Below, in pieces: positions 46,153 to 54,731 of a stretch of 64,000 nt of DNA. The DNA is taken from the NCBI GenBank assembly GCA_963833095.1, contig CAWHWQ010000001.1:888595-952594 (forward strand). The letters run 5' to 3'. The position numbers and the translations under genes are program-made. The notes below the pieces were generated by a model, which saw only the letters and a program-made list of their open reading frames with translations, ran no database searches and was not told the DNA's origin. Position 1 is the stretch's first letter; each line of letters opens with the position of its first letter. The stretch is from Vulcanimicrobiota bacterium (lineage in GTDB: Bacteria; Vulcanimicrobiota; Vulcanimicrobiia; Vulcanimicrobiales; Vulcanimicrobiaceae).

Positions 46153-48447
46153 ATGAACGAGTCTGATCTCAGCGAGCTCTGGCAAGCGTACGACGCTTTG
46201 AGAGGCACTCGATCGCCCGATCCGATTCACCTTGTCGAAGAGGCCGCGCGGCGCGGCATCACAGTCACGGTGGACGATATTCGTCACCTCGCTTGGAATC
46301 GATCTCGCGAGTTTTCCTTCGGTATCGTACCCAGCGAGGCTCTCGTTAATTTCTTCGTGTCGCTAGGAGCAGCCTTATCACCTAATACCGTACTCGATCC
46401 TTGGGCAGAGTTCGGGCAGATCATCGTTCCGACCGCACGCAATCAAATGGTGAGCGATGCATACGCTCTTACGCCGAACCACGGCACCGCCGATCTTGGG
46501 CGACGGCTTTCGGAGGGGCTTCCGATACGATGGGAAGTCGGTGACCCGCTCGTGACGATGGAAGACGTCGGCACAATTAACCTCATTGTCGGTTGTCCGC
46601 CATTCAGCTACCGGCGAGAGCCCGCTGAAGTCTCTATTCGGGGAGTCCGCTTTAGAGAAGACTATGGAAACCAAATTGTAGCGAAAGCCTGCGCGGAACA
46701 TCTAAGCAGCGCGGGCACCGCGGCAGTTGTCTTGCCACCGTCTTTCGCGTTTAGAGAGACCGGTTTAAGGCCGCAGCTTCAGCACTTAGGCTTGTGTCTC
46801 GCTGGCTTGCTCCATGTTCCTCCTCGCTTCTTCAGTGGCACGGACATCGATAGCTACGTCGCGATAATAACGCGGAAGACTTATGACGACATGTTCGTTG
46901 GGGAAATCGGCGCCAACGACGACCATAATAAAACACTGATTAAGAACCTCCTCGACCGAAAGGAGACACGAGAGCTATCCCTTGGGCAGCTTCGGAAGCA
47001 AGGCGAGTTCCTCACGTACCAGCAGATCGACGCCGAGCGACGCGTATCGCTGCTGGCTCAACGCATTGGCGGTGCGCCGGCAATTCTTTCGGATATAGCC
47101 TTCGAGATCAACTTTCCTGGCGGATCTGACCCTCTGGTAGAGCGCGACAACGCGATCTACATGCCCGTGGCTGGAAGCGCGCGCGTTCGCACGGGGCTTG
47201 ACGAAGTACCTTCTCGGTCGAAAAACTACGTTCAGGTGGTGCTAGACCCCGAAAAGGCTCTCGCAAGCTATTTGGCGGCATATTTCAACTCGCCGGTTGG
47301 TCGCGCAACTCTTGACTCGATGAGGACCGGGACGACTATCCAGCGCATCAGCAAGGAAGCGCTCCCGCTTTGTGAGGTCTATCTTGTTCACTTGGAGACG
47401 CAGATTAAGTGCATTGAGACTGACGCTAAGGCTGAGAATCTCATCAGCGAACTTTCAGCGCTGAAGAATCGTATCTGGGACGAACCGCGAGCGATTGCCA
47501 AAACCGCAAAGCGTTTGGCTCAAGTTAATCGCGATGACTCGATTCTGTCGTGGCTCGAGACACTGCCATTTCCCCTTGCCTCCGTGCTTTGGGCGGGCTT
47601 CGCAGCTGGAGACGATTTCAAGGAGCGATACGAGCACCTTTTACACTTCTTCGAAGCAGTTGCCGAGTTCTACGGAATCGTTCTCTGGAGCGCGACCACA
47701 AGTGCGCCAGCGCTTCGAGACGATCCCAGTTATCCAATCTCTCCAGCGCAACCATTCAAGAACTCGTTCGACCGCAGCACATTCGGTGCTTGGGTCGAAA
47801 TGGTCGGACGGGTATCGAAGTTCTGTCGGCCGCTCGTTAGCAAACCAGACGGGAAAGAACGCCTCACTGGTGCCTTCGGCACGGCCGATCGCGAGGTGTT
47901 GGCTTCGCTCTTCTCGCCGGGAATCGTGGAACAGATCCAGGCAGCGAATCGCATCAGAAACAGGACGGCACATGGTGGAGCACTCGGCGATGAAGAAGCC
48001 GCAAGACGCTGTGTCCAGCTAGAACGGGTTGTCGCCTCTCTGCGGACAGCGGTCGGCGATATGTGGAGTGCAATCCCGCTTCTCAAGGCTGGGCGTGCGG
48101 GGTTTCGCGGAGGCGTTTATCAGTACGATGCTGAGCGAATCATGGGCCGTTCCCAGATCTTCGAACACGTCAAGGTCTCGACGAGCAGACCGCTCGAAGA
48201 AGGCCGTCTGTTCCTTCTTGCAAACGACTCAACCGCTCCGGTCGCACTCGCGCCCCTGGTTATCGTGGGTCCATCGCCCCAAAAAGCAAACAATGCAGCG
48301 TACTTTTACAATAAGGTTGATGGCGACGATCTACTCTTCATTTCTTACCACTTCTCGCCGGAAGCAGAGATCCTTAGTACTGATCCCAGCGCGCGCGATG
48401 TTCTCAGGAGCCTCATCGAGGCGACGCGATCGCCAGAATCAAAATGA
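46153..48447 (+). CDS. Degenerate N6-MTase-like + HsdS-like TRD + putative HEPN domain fusion
   Basis: DPWAEFGQ (cf. motif I), GCPPF (cf. NPPF), VLPPSF, YLAAYFNS..G..GTTIQRISK TRD-like, C-terminal RNRTAH (RxxxxH). Confidence 0.75.
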   Translation: MNESDLSELWQAYDALRGTRSPDPIHLVEEAARRGITVTVDDIRHLAWNRSREFSFGIVPSEALVNFFVSLGAALSPNTVLDPWAEFGQIIVPTARNQMVSDAYALTPNHGTADLGRRLSEGLPIRWEVGDPLVTMEDVGTINLIVGCPPFSYRREPAEVSIRGVRFREDYGNQIVAKACAEHLSSAGTAAVVLPPSFAFRETGLRPQLQHLGLCLAGLLHVPPRFFSGTDIDSYVAIITRKTYDDMFVGEIGANDDHNKTLIKNLLDRKETRELSLGQLRKQGEFLTYQQIDAERRVSLLAQRIGGAPAILSDIAFEINFPGGSDPLVERDNAIYMPVAGSARVRTGLDEVPSRSKNYVQVVLDPEKALASYLAAYFNSPVGRATLDSMRTGTTIQRISKEALPLCEVYLVHLETQIKCIETDAKAENLISELSALKNRIWDEPRAIAKTAKRLAQVNRDDSILSWLETLPFPLASVLWAGFAAGDDFKERYEHLLHFFEAVAEFYGIVLWSATTSAPALRDDPSYPISPAQPFKNSFDRSTFGAWVEMVGRVSKFCRPLVSKPDGKERLTGAFGTADREVLASLFSPGIVEQIQAANRIRNRTAHGGALGDEEAARRCVQLERVVASLRTAVGDMWSAIPLLKAGRAGFRGGVYQYDAERIMGRSQIFEHVKVSTSRPLEEGRLFLLANDSTAPVALAPLVIVGPSPQKANNAAYFYNKVDGDDLLFISYHFSPEAEILSTDPSARDVLRSLIEATRSPESK

Positions 48448-48510
48448 TTCTCTCATGCTGAACCGATCGGAAATCTGGACAAACGTGTCACCCCGCTAAA
48501 GAGAGGCAAC

Positions 48511-48795
48511 TTGATGCTGAGACTCCTCTCCGCCGACCGCATCGCCAACGACATCGCGACACGAATCAGCGAGACACCCACGCTCACGGAGTATGACGAT
48601 CACCACGTATTGACTGCCCGCGGGCACAGCGTACTCATCGCTGCCACGGAAGGCGGTGACTGGTTTTGTAAGGACGTCTCAAAGCCGCATGCGCACCAGG
48701 TCGACAATCTGTTGCGCGAGCATTTTCTCGAAACGGTCGCATCGATGTTGGTCGGCGACCGACCTTGTGCCGCGTGCCCACCGAATCAAGCGTAA
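48511..48795 (+). CDS. Hypothetical protein
   Basis: GAGAGG RBS; 94 aa. Confidence 0.5.
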   Translation: MMLRLLSADRIANDIATRISETPTLTEYDDHHVLTARGHSVLIAATEGGDWFCKDVSKPHAHQVDNLLREHFLETVASMLVGDRPCAACPPNQA

Positions 48796-48877
48796 GATGG
48801 CTGACACCGCGTCCCCTATTGCCGTCTTTCCGAGTCTCGCGACCGGCGGCCGCCCTCTCATCTGGTGACATAAACCG

Positions 48878-49150
48878 GTGAAACTCTCAACTGAAGAGGC
48901 GGTCGTCCGCGCTCTTTTGCTTCACAAGAGTCCGGCTAGCGCGGATGACGCAGCGGCAGTAGCAGAGGTTATCCCGGTTTTGACGCTCGCGCTCGCCGGT
49001 GAAGATGAACACGACCAAGAGTTGCTAGCGCTAGCGGAATCCTGGCTCGCCGACCCCTCTAGTTTGGGCCGCCGTGCTCGTGATCTCGCCGTCGACCTTG
49101 CTCGCCGCGTCGCGGAGATTCGAGAAATCGATGTGGAGGGCGACCGCTAG
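48878..49150 (+). CDS. Hypothetical helical protein
   Basis: 90-aa ORF in intergenic space, co-oriented with neighbours. Confidence 0.5.
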   Translation: MKLSTEEAVVRALLLHKSPASADDAAAVAEVIPVLTLALAGEDEHDQELLALAESWLADPSSLGRRARDLAVDLARRVAEIREIDVEGDR

Positions 49151-49266
49151 CACAGCGCAACGAAGTCGACGATTAGTAAGCTCCTTCTTTCGCGCCTCCG
49201 TAGCGTGGACGCAAAAGTATACCAGCGATGGCGTGCAGAATTGAAGGTTTAGGAGGAGGCGCTCCG

Positions 49267-49641
49267 ATGTTCAGGACGAGTAAGAAACTTCCCAAGCCTA
49301 TCCTGAAGATGTACGACAGCGAGGGTCGCATTGACGGACTCGCGATCGCCTCTGGACTTGGCGAAAGCCCCTCGTCAATGGCGAAGGCGCTTGGGGTGCC
49401 CCTCCAGACAATGCTAGAAAATCCTGTCACAGAACTGATCCAGCCTCTCGGTCTTAGGCTGGCCGGCATCCTCGACGAGCTCACGCACTACTTCGGCGGC
49501 GACTTCAAGGCCACCGTAGTGTGGATGCGTAAGCCGCACCCGCAACTCGACGACCTCTCGCCGCTCGATCTCCTCAAAGAAGGCCATATCAATACCGTCG
49601 CTGCGATGGTACGCATGATCGGTACTGGGGAACCCAGCTAA
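49267..49641 (+). CDS. MbcA/ParS/Xre-type antitoxin (DUF2384-like C-terminus)
   Basis: AGGAGGAGG RBS; HTH-like MAKALGVP; WMRKPHPQLDDLSPLDLL motif. Confidence 0.85.
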   Translation: MFRTSKKLPKPILKMYDSEGRIDGLAIASGLGESPSSMAKALGVPLQTMLENPVTELIQPLGLRLAGILDELTHYFGGDFKATVVWMRKPHPQLDDLSPLDLLKEGHINTVAAMVRMIGTGEPS

Positions 49642-49644
49642 CTG

Positions 49645-50157
49645 TTACTTATGACTCGAAGCGTTGCGTCTGCGCACCCTCGTGAAAGGTGGGTCCGGTA
49701 AGCCGCTGCTATCTAATCGTCGGGACCGTACGCGAAACTTGTGCTCGTGCGGCCTCGGCGGCAGACCATCATCGTCATCAGCACTCAACAGAAGATTGTC
49801 GCGTATCTGCGTGATGAATTTTAGCTGGAGACGTCGAACTGGTGCTCTCGCCTCGTCGGGATCCAAGCCGTGCTCAATATATTGCCCTAAGCGCCAGAGT
49901 CGAAAGTCCCTGGCGATATTGGGTCGGAGCATCCGTCGCAAATATTCCCTGAGAAGCACGTCAGCGATGAGTTCAGAAGACGTTCGCGCGTTTGTGCCAT
50001 CAAGTTTTACGTGTCGTCGGCTAGCGGCGTACCAGACAAAAAAGTCAAACGCCTCGCGCATACCGGGACCGTCAAAGTAGAGATTTTTTCTCGGATGGTC
50101 ACTGCCCGCCGGCTTTGAGCAAGCCGCCCAGGGCTTAGTTTCTTCGTGTCTTGGCAT
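49645..50157 (-). CDS. Hypothetical protein, possible RHH-like DNA-binding N-terminal half
   Basis: GGGAGA RBS; RKNLYF strand then helices (SSELIADVLLREYLRR). Confidence 0.6.
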   Translation of the reverse strand: MPRHEETKPWAACSKPAGSDHPRKNLYFDGPGMREAFDFFVWYAASRRHVKLDGTNARTSSELIADVLLREYLRRMLRPNIARDFRLWRLGQYIEHGLDPDEARAPVRRLQLKFITQIRDNLLLSADDDDGLPPRPHEHKFRVRSRRLDSSGLPDPPFTRVRRRNASSHK

Positions 50158-50183
50158 CGATCGGTTCTCCCAATCTCGTCGCA

Positions 50184-50232
50184 ATGCCGCGGCACCTCGA
50201 TTTTAGCACTACGCTGCAGCGTTAGCACTACG
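50184..50232. promoter_or_regulatory. Operator cluster in divergent promoter
   Basis: Palindrome TGCCGCGGCA (50185-50194) plus direct repeats TTAGCACTACG (50203-50213, 50222-50232). Confidence 0.6.
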
Positions 50233-50293
50233 TCTCCCGCACTTTTTAAGAATCCTCGCAAGGTGTCTAGGAGCAAAGCCGAAGTCTCGAGGC

Positions 50294-50551
50294 ATGGCAT
50301 TGAACGGGAGCGACTCTGAGCGGCTCTACTATCGGGCGAAAGAAGTTGCAGCACTTTTGGGTCTCAGTCTGCGGACGATTTATGAAGGGATCTACGCGGG
50401 CTGGATTCCGTCAAGAAAAATCGGCAATTCACGCTTGATTCCCGCTGCATGGCTGAAGGTCGGAAGCGACACTTCCCAAGAATGGCTCGCGCAATCCACG
50501 AACTCCCCAAATAACCGTTATTCTTTGGGCACCGCCCGCCGCGCCGCGTAG
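50294..50551 (+). CDS. Excisionase-like HTH_17 DNA-binding protein
   Basis: YRAKEVAALLGLSLRTIYEGIYAGWIPSRKIGNSRLIP. Confidence 0.88.
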   Translation: MALNGSDSERLYYRAKEVAALLGLSLRTIYEGIYAGWIPSRKIGNSRLIPAAWLKVGSDTSQEWLAQSTNSPNNRYSLGTARRAA

Positions 50552-50676
50552 GGCGGTCGCGTCGCACGCAACACGCGCCTGTCTCATCTCACGAGATAAA
50601 GACGCGCGCACTTTCGTAGTGCTAAAGTGACGGTATGCCGCACGCCCGTGCGGCAGTACTTTCGGGAGGGCGGACC

Positions 50677-51747
50677 ATGACGGCTTCGCTCGCATTGCTT
50701 CCCACGCGCGACCTCCCAGTCGCCCATGCGCAGCTCCTGCACGACTGGCTCGCCGCCTACGTTGATCATCGCCTCAACCTAGGTCACCGGCAGCACAGCA
50801 TCGATGACGATCTCGCCTGCTTTCGCCATTTCATGCGCTTTGCTGGCCCGCACTTTTGGACATGGCAGGACGACGACATGGACCGCTATGGCGCGCACCT
50901 GCGCCGCTCGCAGAAGGCGCGCTCGACCTTGCGCCGCGCGCAAGGCGCCATCAAGGGCATCTGCACCTTCGCCGTGCAGAGCCGCACGCTCAGCGAGCGC
51001 TGCCGCGCGCTCACCGGCGCGCTGATTCCGCAAATCTGTCACCCGTGGAATACCCTGCGCCATCAATACGGGGCTGCAACCAGTAAACGCCGCCAGCTGA
51101 CCGACGAGGAAATAGCGCAATTGTTTGCCGCGATCGATACGGCGATTCGGCGTGCGCCGTCACGCTACGTCGAGCAGGCGCGGTTAACGCACCACGCCGT
51201 GTTCGCGGCGATACTGGCGACGGGCGCACGCGAACACGAAGCCGCGATGCTCGACGTCGCCGACCTCGCAACCGCAACCACGCCGTCGGTCAAGGCGTAC
51301 AGCCGCTACGAAGATGTCACGATTCGCTTTGGGAAGGCCCATAACGGTGGCCCGCCGCGCCGGCGCTCGGTGCCGGCGATCTACGAGCTGCGCAGCTTCT
51401 GGAATGCACTCGCGTGGTACGTCACCGAGGTGCGCCCGCAAGTCGCACACGCCTGCGAGGCGCTCTTTCTCACCCCGACTGGCACTCGTTACCGCGGCGA
51501 CCACCTCTCCGCACTGTTTTCGAAGTATCGCGACGCCGCACGTCTCAGCACGGACTTGACACTGCACTGCTTGCGCCACACCTTTGCGACGAAGTTGCAC
51601 GAGTACGGCTACGAACTGCCCGTCATCTCGCATCTGCTCGGTCATGCGTCGGACGCGACGACGATCATCTACGATCATCTCGACGCCGACAACCTCAAGC
51701 TGCGCGTCCTGCTGCACAACCGGCAGCTTCGGCAGGTGCACCGATGA
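50677..51747 (+). CDS. Tyrosine recombinase (intact catalytic residues)
   Basis: TGAREHE (R), GKA (K), HCLRH, LLGH, TIIY; GGGAGG RBS. Confidence 0.92.
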   Translation: MTASLALLPTRDLPVAHAQLLHDWLAAYVDHRLNLGHRQHSIDDDLACFRHFMRFAGPHFWTWQDDDMDRYGAHLRRSQKARSTLRRAQGAIKGICTFAVQSRTLSERCRALTGALIPQICHPWNTLRHQYGAATSKRRQLTDEEIAQLFAAIDTAIRRAPSRYVEQARLTHHAVFAAILATGAREHEAAMLDVADLATATTPSVKAYSRYEDVTIRFGKAHNGGPPRRRSVPAIYELRSFWNALAWYVTEVRPQVAHACEALFLTPTGTRYRGDHLSALFSKYRDAARLSTDLTLHCLRHTFATKLHEYGYELPVISHLLGHASDATTIIYDHLDADNLKLRVLLHNRQLRQVHR

Positions 51748-52037
51748 GCACGTTTTTAGAGTGGCGGCTCAAGGCGGAGATCGCACGCGCCGGCTACGCA
51801 ACGATCGCTGAGTTCGGTCACGAGCTCCAACGCCACATCGCGATCTCGCGTCCGCACATCTATCGGCTCGTCGAGAGCGAGCCGACATTGCTGAATTGGG
51901 ACGTCTTGCACGGGCTTTGTGACACGCTTCGGTGCGCTCCCGCGGACCTTATCGTGCTGCGCCGCGAGACGCCGCAGCGCGTCGGGATGCGAGGCAGCGC
52001 GACGCGGCGGATTCCGCCGCGCCTGGTGTTGCCCTAA
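51744..52037 (+). CDS. Xre/Cro-like HTH regulator
   Basis: EWRLK..ISRPHIYRLV..LCDTLRCAPADLI; ATGA overlap. Confidence 0.88.
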   Translation: MSTFLEWRLKAEIARAGYATIAEFGHELQRHIAISRPHIYRLVESEPTLLNWDVLHGLCDTLRCAPADLIVLRRETPQRVGMRGSATRRIPPRLVLP

Positions 52038-53578
52038 TGCGACACATGCGCACGTGCGCGGTCTGCGGAATCCTGCGTAATTGCAAGCAGCACATCGACG
52101 AGCGACGTGTCTGCGTGCCGTGTTATCAGGAACGCAAGTTTCCGCCGAAGGCCTGTCCCGAATGTGGAAAGCTGCGTCGCCTCTTCGCGGTGTTTCAAGG
52201 CCGCCACACGTGTCCCACCTGCAAGTCACGGTTCAGGCGCGCAGATCATCGCGGGCCGTGCAAAACATGCGGACGCGTCTTCTACCTACAGGGCGGCCTA
52301 TGTCCGCGTGATGTGCAGAAACAGCAGCACGAACACTGGCCCTTCGGCACGTGCCCGCGCTGCCGTGAACGCCGCCGACTCGGCCCAAGTGGCCGCTGCG
52401 AAAGGTGTCGCATCCATTTGTGGCAGGAGCGCGCCGTCCGCGTCCGTCTGGATACGCTCTTCGGGGTGCCGCCGCGCACGCAACAGCTCGCTGCGCTCGA
52501 CCGCCACCTCACGCGCGATCTCCATCCGCACAACGTTCGGGATTGGGCGAAACATCTCGCGCCAGAGATTTGCGCATTCCTCGCGCACGTCAGCGAGGGT
52601 GGCGTCACGCGCGAACGACTCGAGGATTTTCGTCGCTTGCGCGGGGGGCCCGAACTCTGGGACAGCTGCGAGCGTTGCGGCTTGTTCGCGCCGCCGCCGC
52701 CAGACGTTGCGCGTATCGAGCGTTTCATTGCTGCCGTAAGCGCTAATGCACCGTCGTGGATTGGCAGTGTCCTACGTGGGTACTGGCAACTGGGGCGTCA
52801 ACGACGCGCTCGCGAAAGGGTGAGCGCCGGGGGTGATGCGACGCTGGAGTGTGAGCGCTCGGCGCTCCGCGACGCGTCCGGATTCTTGACGTATCTCGCG
52901 GCCCGCGATCTCTGCCTTGCGGACCTCGATCAGCTGCTGCTCGATAGGTGGCTACGCACACGCTCGCGGCGGCAGGCGCAGTCGCTTGCTCCGTTCCTCC
53001 GATGGCTCGTCGCGAACGGCGCGACGACGAGCACGTTAGCCTTGCCGCCGAGCGTGCTCTCGCACAGCGAGACGGTGAGCCCGCCCGCCTTCTACGCCCT
53101 CGTCGCACGCGCGATCGAGGACACGCGCGTGGAGTTGCGCGCGCGCGTGGCCGTGCTGCTATGCGCCTTGTGCACGCGACCAATCGTGGAATTATGCCGG
53201 CTGCGCGTGAGCGACATTCGGCCGCTCGGGGACGACCGCGTCGAAGTGTGTTTTCGCAAGGGTGCATCGCAATGGCTCGAGGGCGACGCCGCGCGTCTCG
53301 TGCGCGAGTTGGCACGCGAGTCGACGGAGTGGCTCTTTGGCAGCTGCCGCGCTGGCCAAGCCTTGACACCGGTGGGGTTGCGGCACCTAATGGCACGCGC
53401 GGGATTCGATGTCGGCGTTCGCAAGCTTCTGAACGCAAGCGTCTACTATCAGTTGCGCGAGCTGGCCCCAGGCGAGCTCATGGTGCTCCTTGGCCGGGCA
53501 CCGAGCGGCGCGATAACGTGGGGCCAACGTGTTGGCCAATCACGCGGATTTATACCGCTCACGATGCGCGGCGCTTAG
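52037..53578 (+). CDS. Multi-CxxC zinc-ribbon protein with degenerate tyrosine-recombinase C-terminus
   Basis: CAVC, CVPC, CPEC, CPTC, CKTC, CPRC, CERC; RVAVLL..RPIVELCRLRVSDI; no HxxR or catalytic Tyr; TAATG overlap. Confidence 0.75.
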   Translation: MRHMRTCAVCGILRNCKQHIDERRVCVPCYQERKFPPKACPECGKLRRLFAVFQGRHTCPTCKSRFRRADHRGPCKTCGRVFYLQGGLCPRDVQKQQHEHWPFGTCPRCRERRRLGPSGRCERCRIHLWQERAVRVRLDTLFGVPPRTQQLAALDRHLTRDLHPHNVRDWAKHLAPEICAFLAHVSEGGVTRERLEDFRRLRGGPELWDSCERCGLFAPPPPDVARIERFIAAVSANAPSWIGSVLRGYWQLGRQRRARERVSAGGDATLECERSALRDASGFLTYLAARDLCLADLDQLLLDRWLRTRSRRQAQSLAPFLRWLVANGATTSTLALPPSVLSHSETVSPPAFYALVARAIEDTRVELRARVAVLLCALCTRPIVELCRLRVSDIRPLGDDRVEVCFRKGASQWLEGDAARLVRELARESTEWLFGSCRAGQALTPVGLRHLMARAGFDVGVRKLLNASVYYQLRELAPGELMVLLGRAPSGAITWGQRVGQSRGFIPLTMRGA

Positions 53579-53820
53579 CGGCGATGCAGTTCTTCCGCGC
53601 GATCCAGCAGCGACTGCGCATTGGTCTTCAGCGCGCGCGCCAAGGCCAGCAGCGTTTCGAGCCGCGGGCTGTTCTCGCCGCTTTCGATCTTCTGCAGGTG
53701 GCGCACGCTGATCCGCGCCTTATGCGCGATCTCTTCTTGGGTCGCCGCCGCACCGAGCGCCTTGCGTCGCTCGCGGATGGCTTCGGCGAGGTGCCGCAGG
53801 AGGCGTTGTTCACCAGACAC
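53575..53820 (-). CDS. Xre family HTH repressor (controller-protein-like)
   Basis: IRERRKAL..TQEEIAHKARISVRHLQKIESGENSPRLETLLALARAL; GAGG RBS. Confidence 0.9.
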   Translation of the reverse strand: MSGEQRLLRHLAEAIRERRKALGAAATQEEIAHKARISVRHLQKIESGENSPRLETLLALARALKTNAQSLLDRAEELHRR

Positions 53821-53837
53821 GCCTCGATTGTCCGATG

Positions 53838-53885
53838 TGCCGCGGCATCTTCACCACGAGCCTATTGCCGCGGCATTAATGCCGC
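53838..53885. promoter_or_regulatory. Palindromic operators in the divergent xre / ERCC4-integrase promoter
   Basis: TGCCGCGGCA at 53838-53847 and 53866-53875; perfect GCGGCATTAATGCCGC at 53870-53885. Confidence 0.7.
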
Positions 53886-53900
53886 CTCCTCAGCCGACCG

Positions 53901-54731
53901 ATGAGCACCTTTGTCATCGCCAAGAACCCGAGCCCGCGCAGCGCGTTACCCTACCTGCTGTACCTGCCGTTGGGCGCGCGCGGGCTGTGGCTCAAGGCGA
54001 AAGACCGCTGGCCGCGCCACACGCGCGTTTACTGTCACCCGCTGGACGAGCCGCCGACGACGCTCGACGTGCTCGAGAGCGTTACCGCCCTCGTGTGCGA
54101 GCGGCGCGGGATCGCAATCGACCTCGTCCTCGCCCGCGGCACACTGCGCCGCTCGCAGTTCATCTTCACGACCTGGCGCGGACGGTCACTGATCCTCTGG
54201 CAAACCGCCAGCACGGCACGATCGACGAAGCCAGGCCTGCGGATTCCGCATGGGCGGTGTCCGATCGACGAGCCTCTTTACGTCGATACGCGCGAGCGCT
54301 ACGGCTACACGTTCGCGCGGCACGGCGCGCGCACCGAACGCCGTACGCTCCCGGTCGGCGATTATTGTGCGATGCGCAGCGGCGCCGTGCTCGCCGTGGT
54401 GGAACGCAAGACCGCGAGTGACTTCGTGACCTGCCTGATCGACGGGTCGTTAAACTTCACGCTCGCGGAGCTCGCGGCGCTCCCGTGCGCGCAGGTCGTT
54501 GTGGAAGGCACCTATTCCCAATGTCTGCGCCATGCATACACACCGCACGGCTTCATTCCTCACCTGCTCGCGCAAGTGCTCATTCGCTACCCGCACGTCC
54601 CCGTCAATTTTTTAGAGACACGCGTTGTTGCCGAGGAGTGGACGTTCCGCTTCTTAGCTACGGCGTATACGGACGAACGCGAACTACCCATGGTGCGCGC
54701 CAGCGTCCCTGTCGTGACAACGGAGCAATAA
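53901..54731 (+). CDS. ERCC4-domain nuclease
   Basis: IAKNP..LPYL, WPR..RVYCH N-terminal domain; VDTRERY, LPVGDY, VVERK, VVEG. Confidence 0.88.
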   Translation: MSTFVIAKNPSPRSALPYLLYLPLGARGLWLKAKDRWPRHTRVYCHPLDEPPTTLDVLESVTALVCERRGIAIDLVLARGTLRRSQFIFTTWRGRSLILWQTASTARSTKPGLRIPHGRCPIDEPLYVDTRERYGYTFARHGARTERRTLPVGDYCAMRSGAVLAVVERKTASDFVTCLIDGSLNFTLAELAALPCAQVVVEGTYSQCLRHAYTPHGFIPHLLAQVLIRYPHVPVNFLETRVVAEEWTFRFLATAYTDERELPMVRASVPVVTTEQ

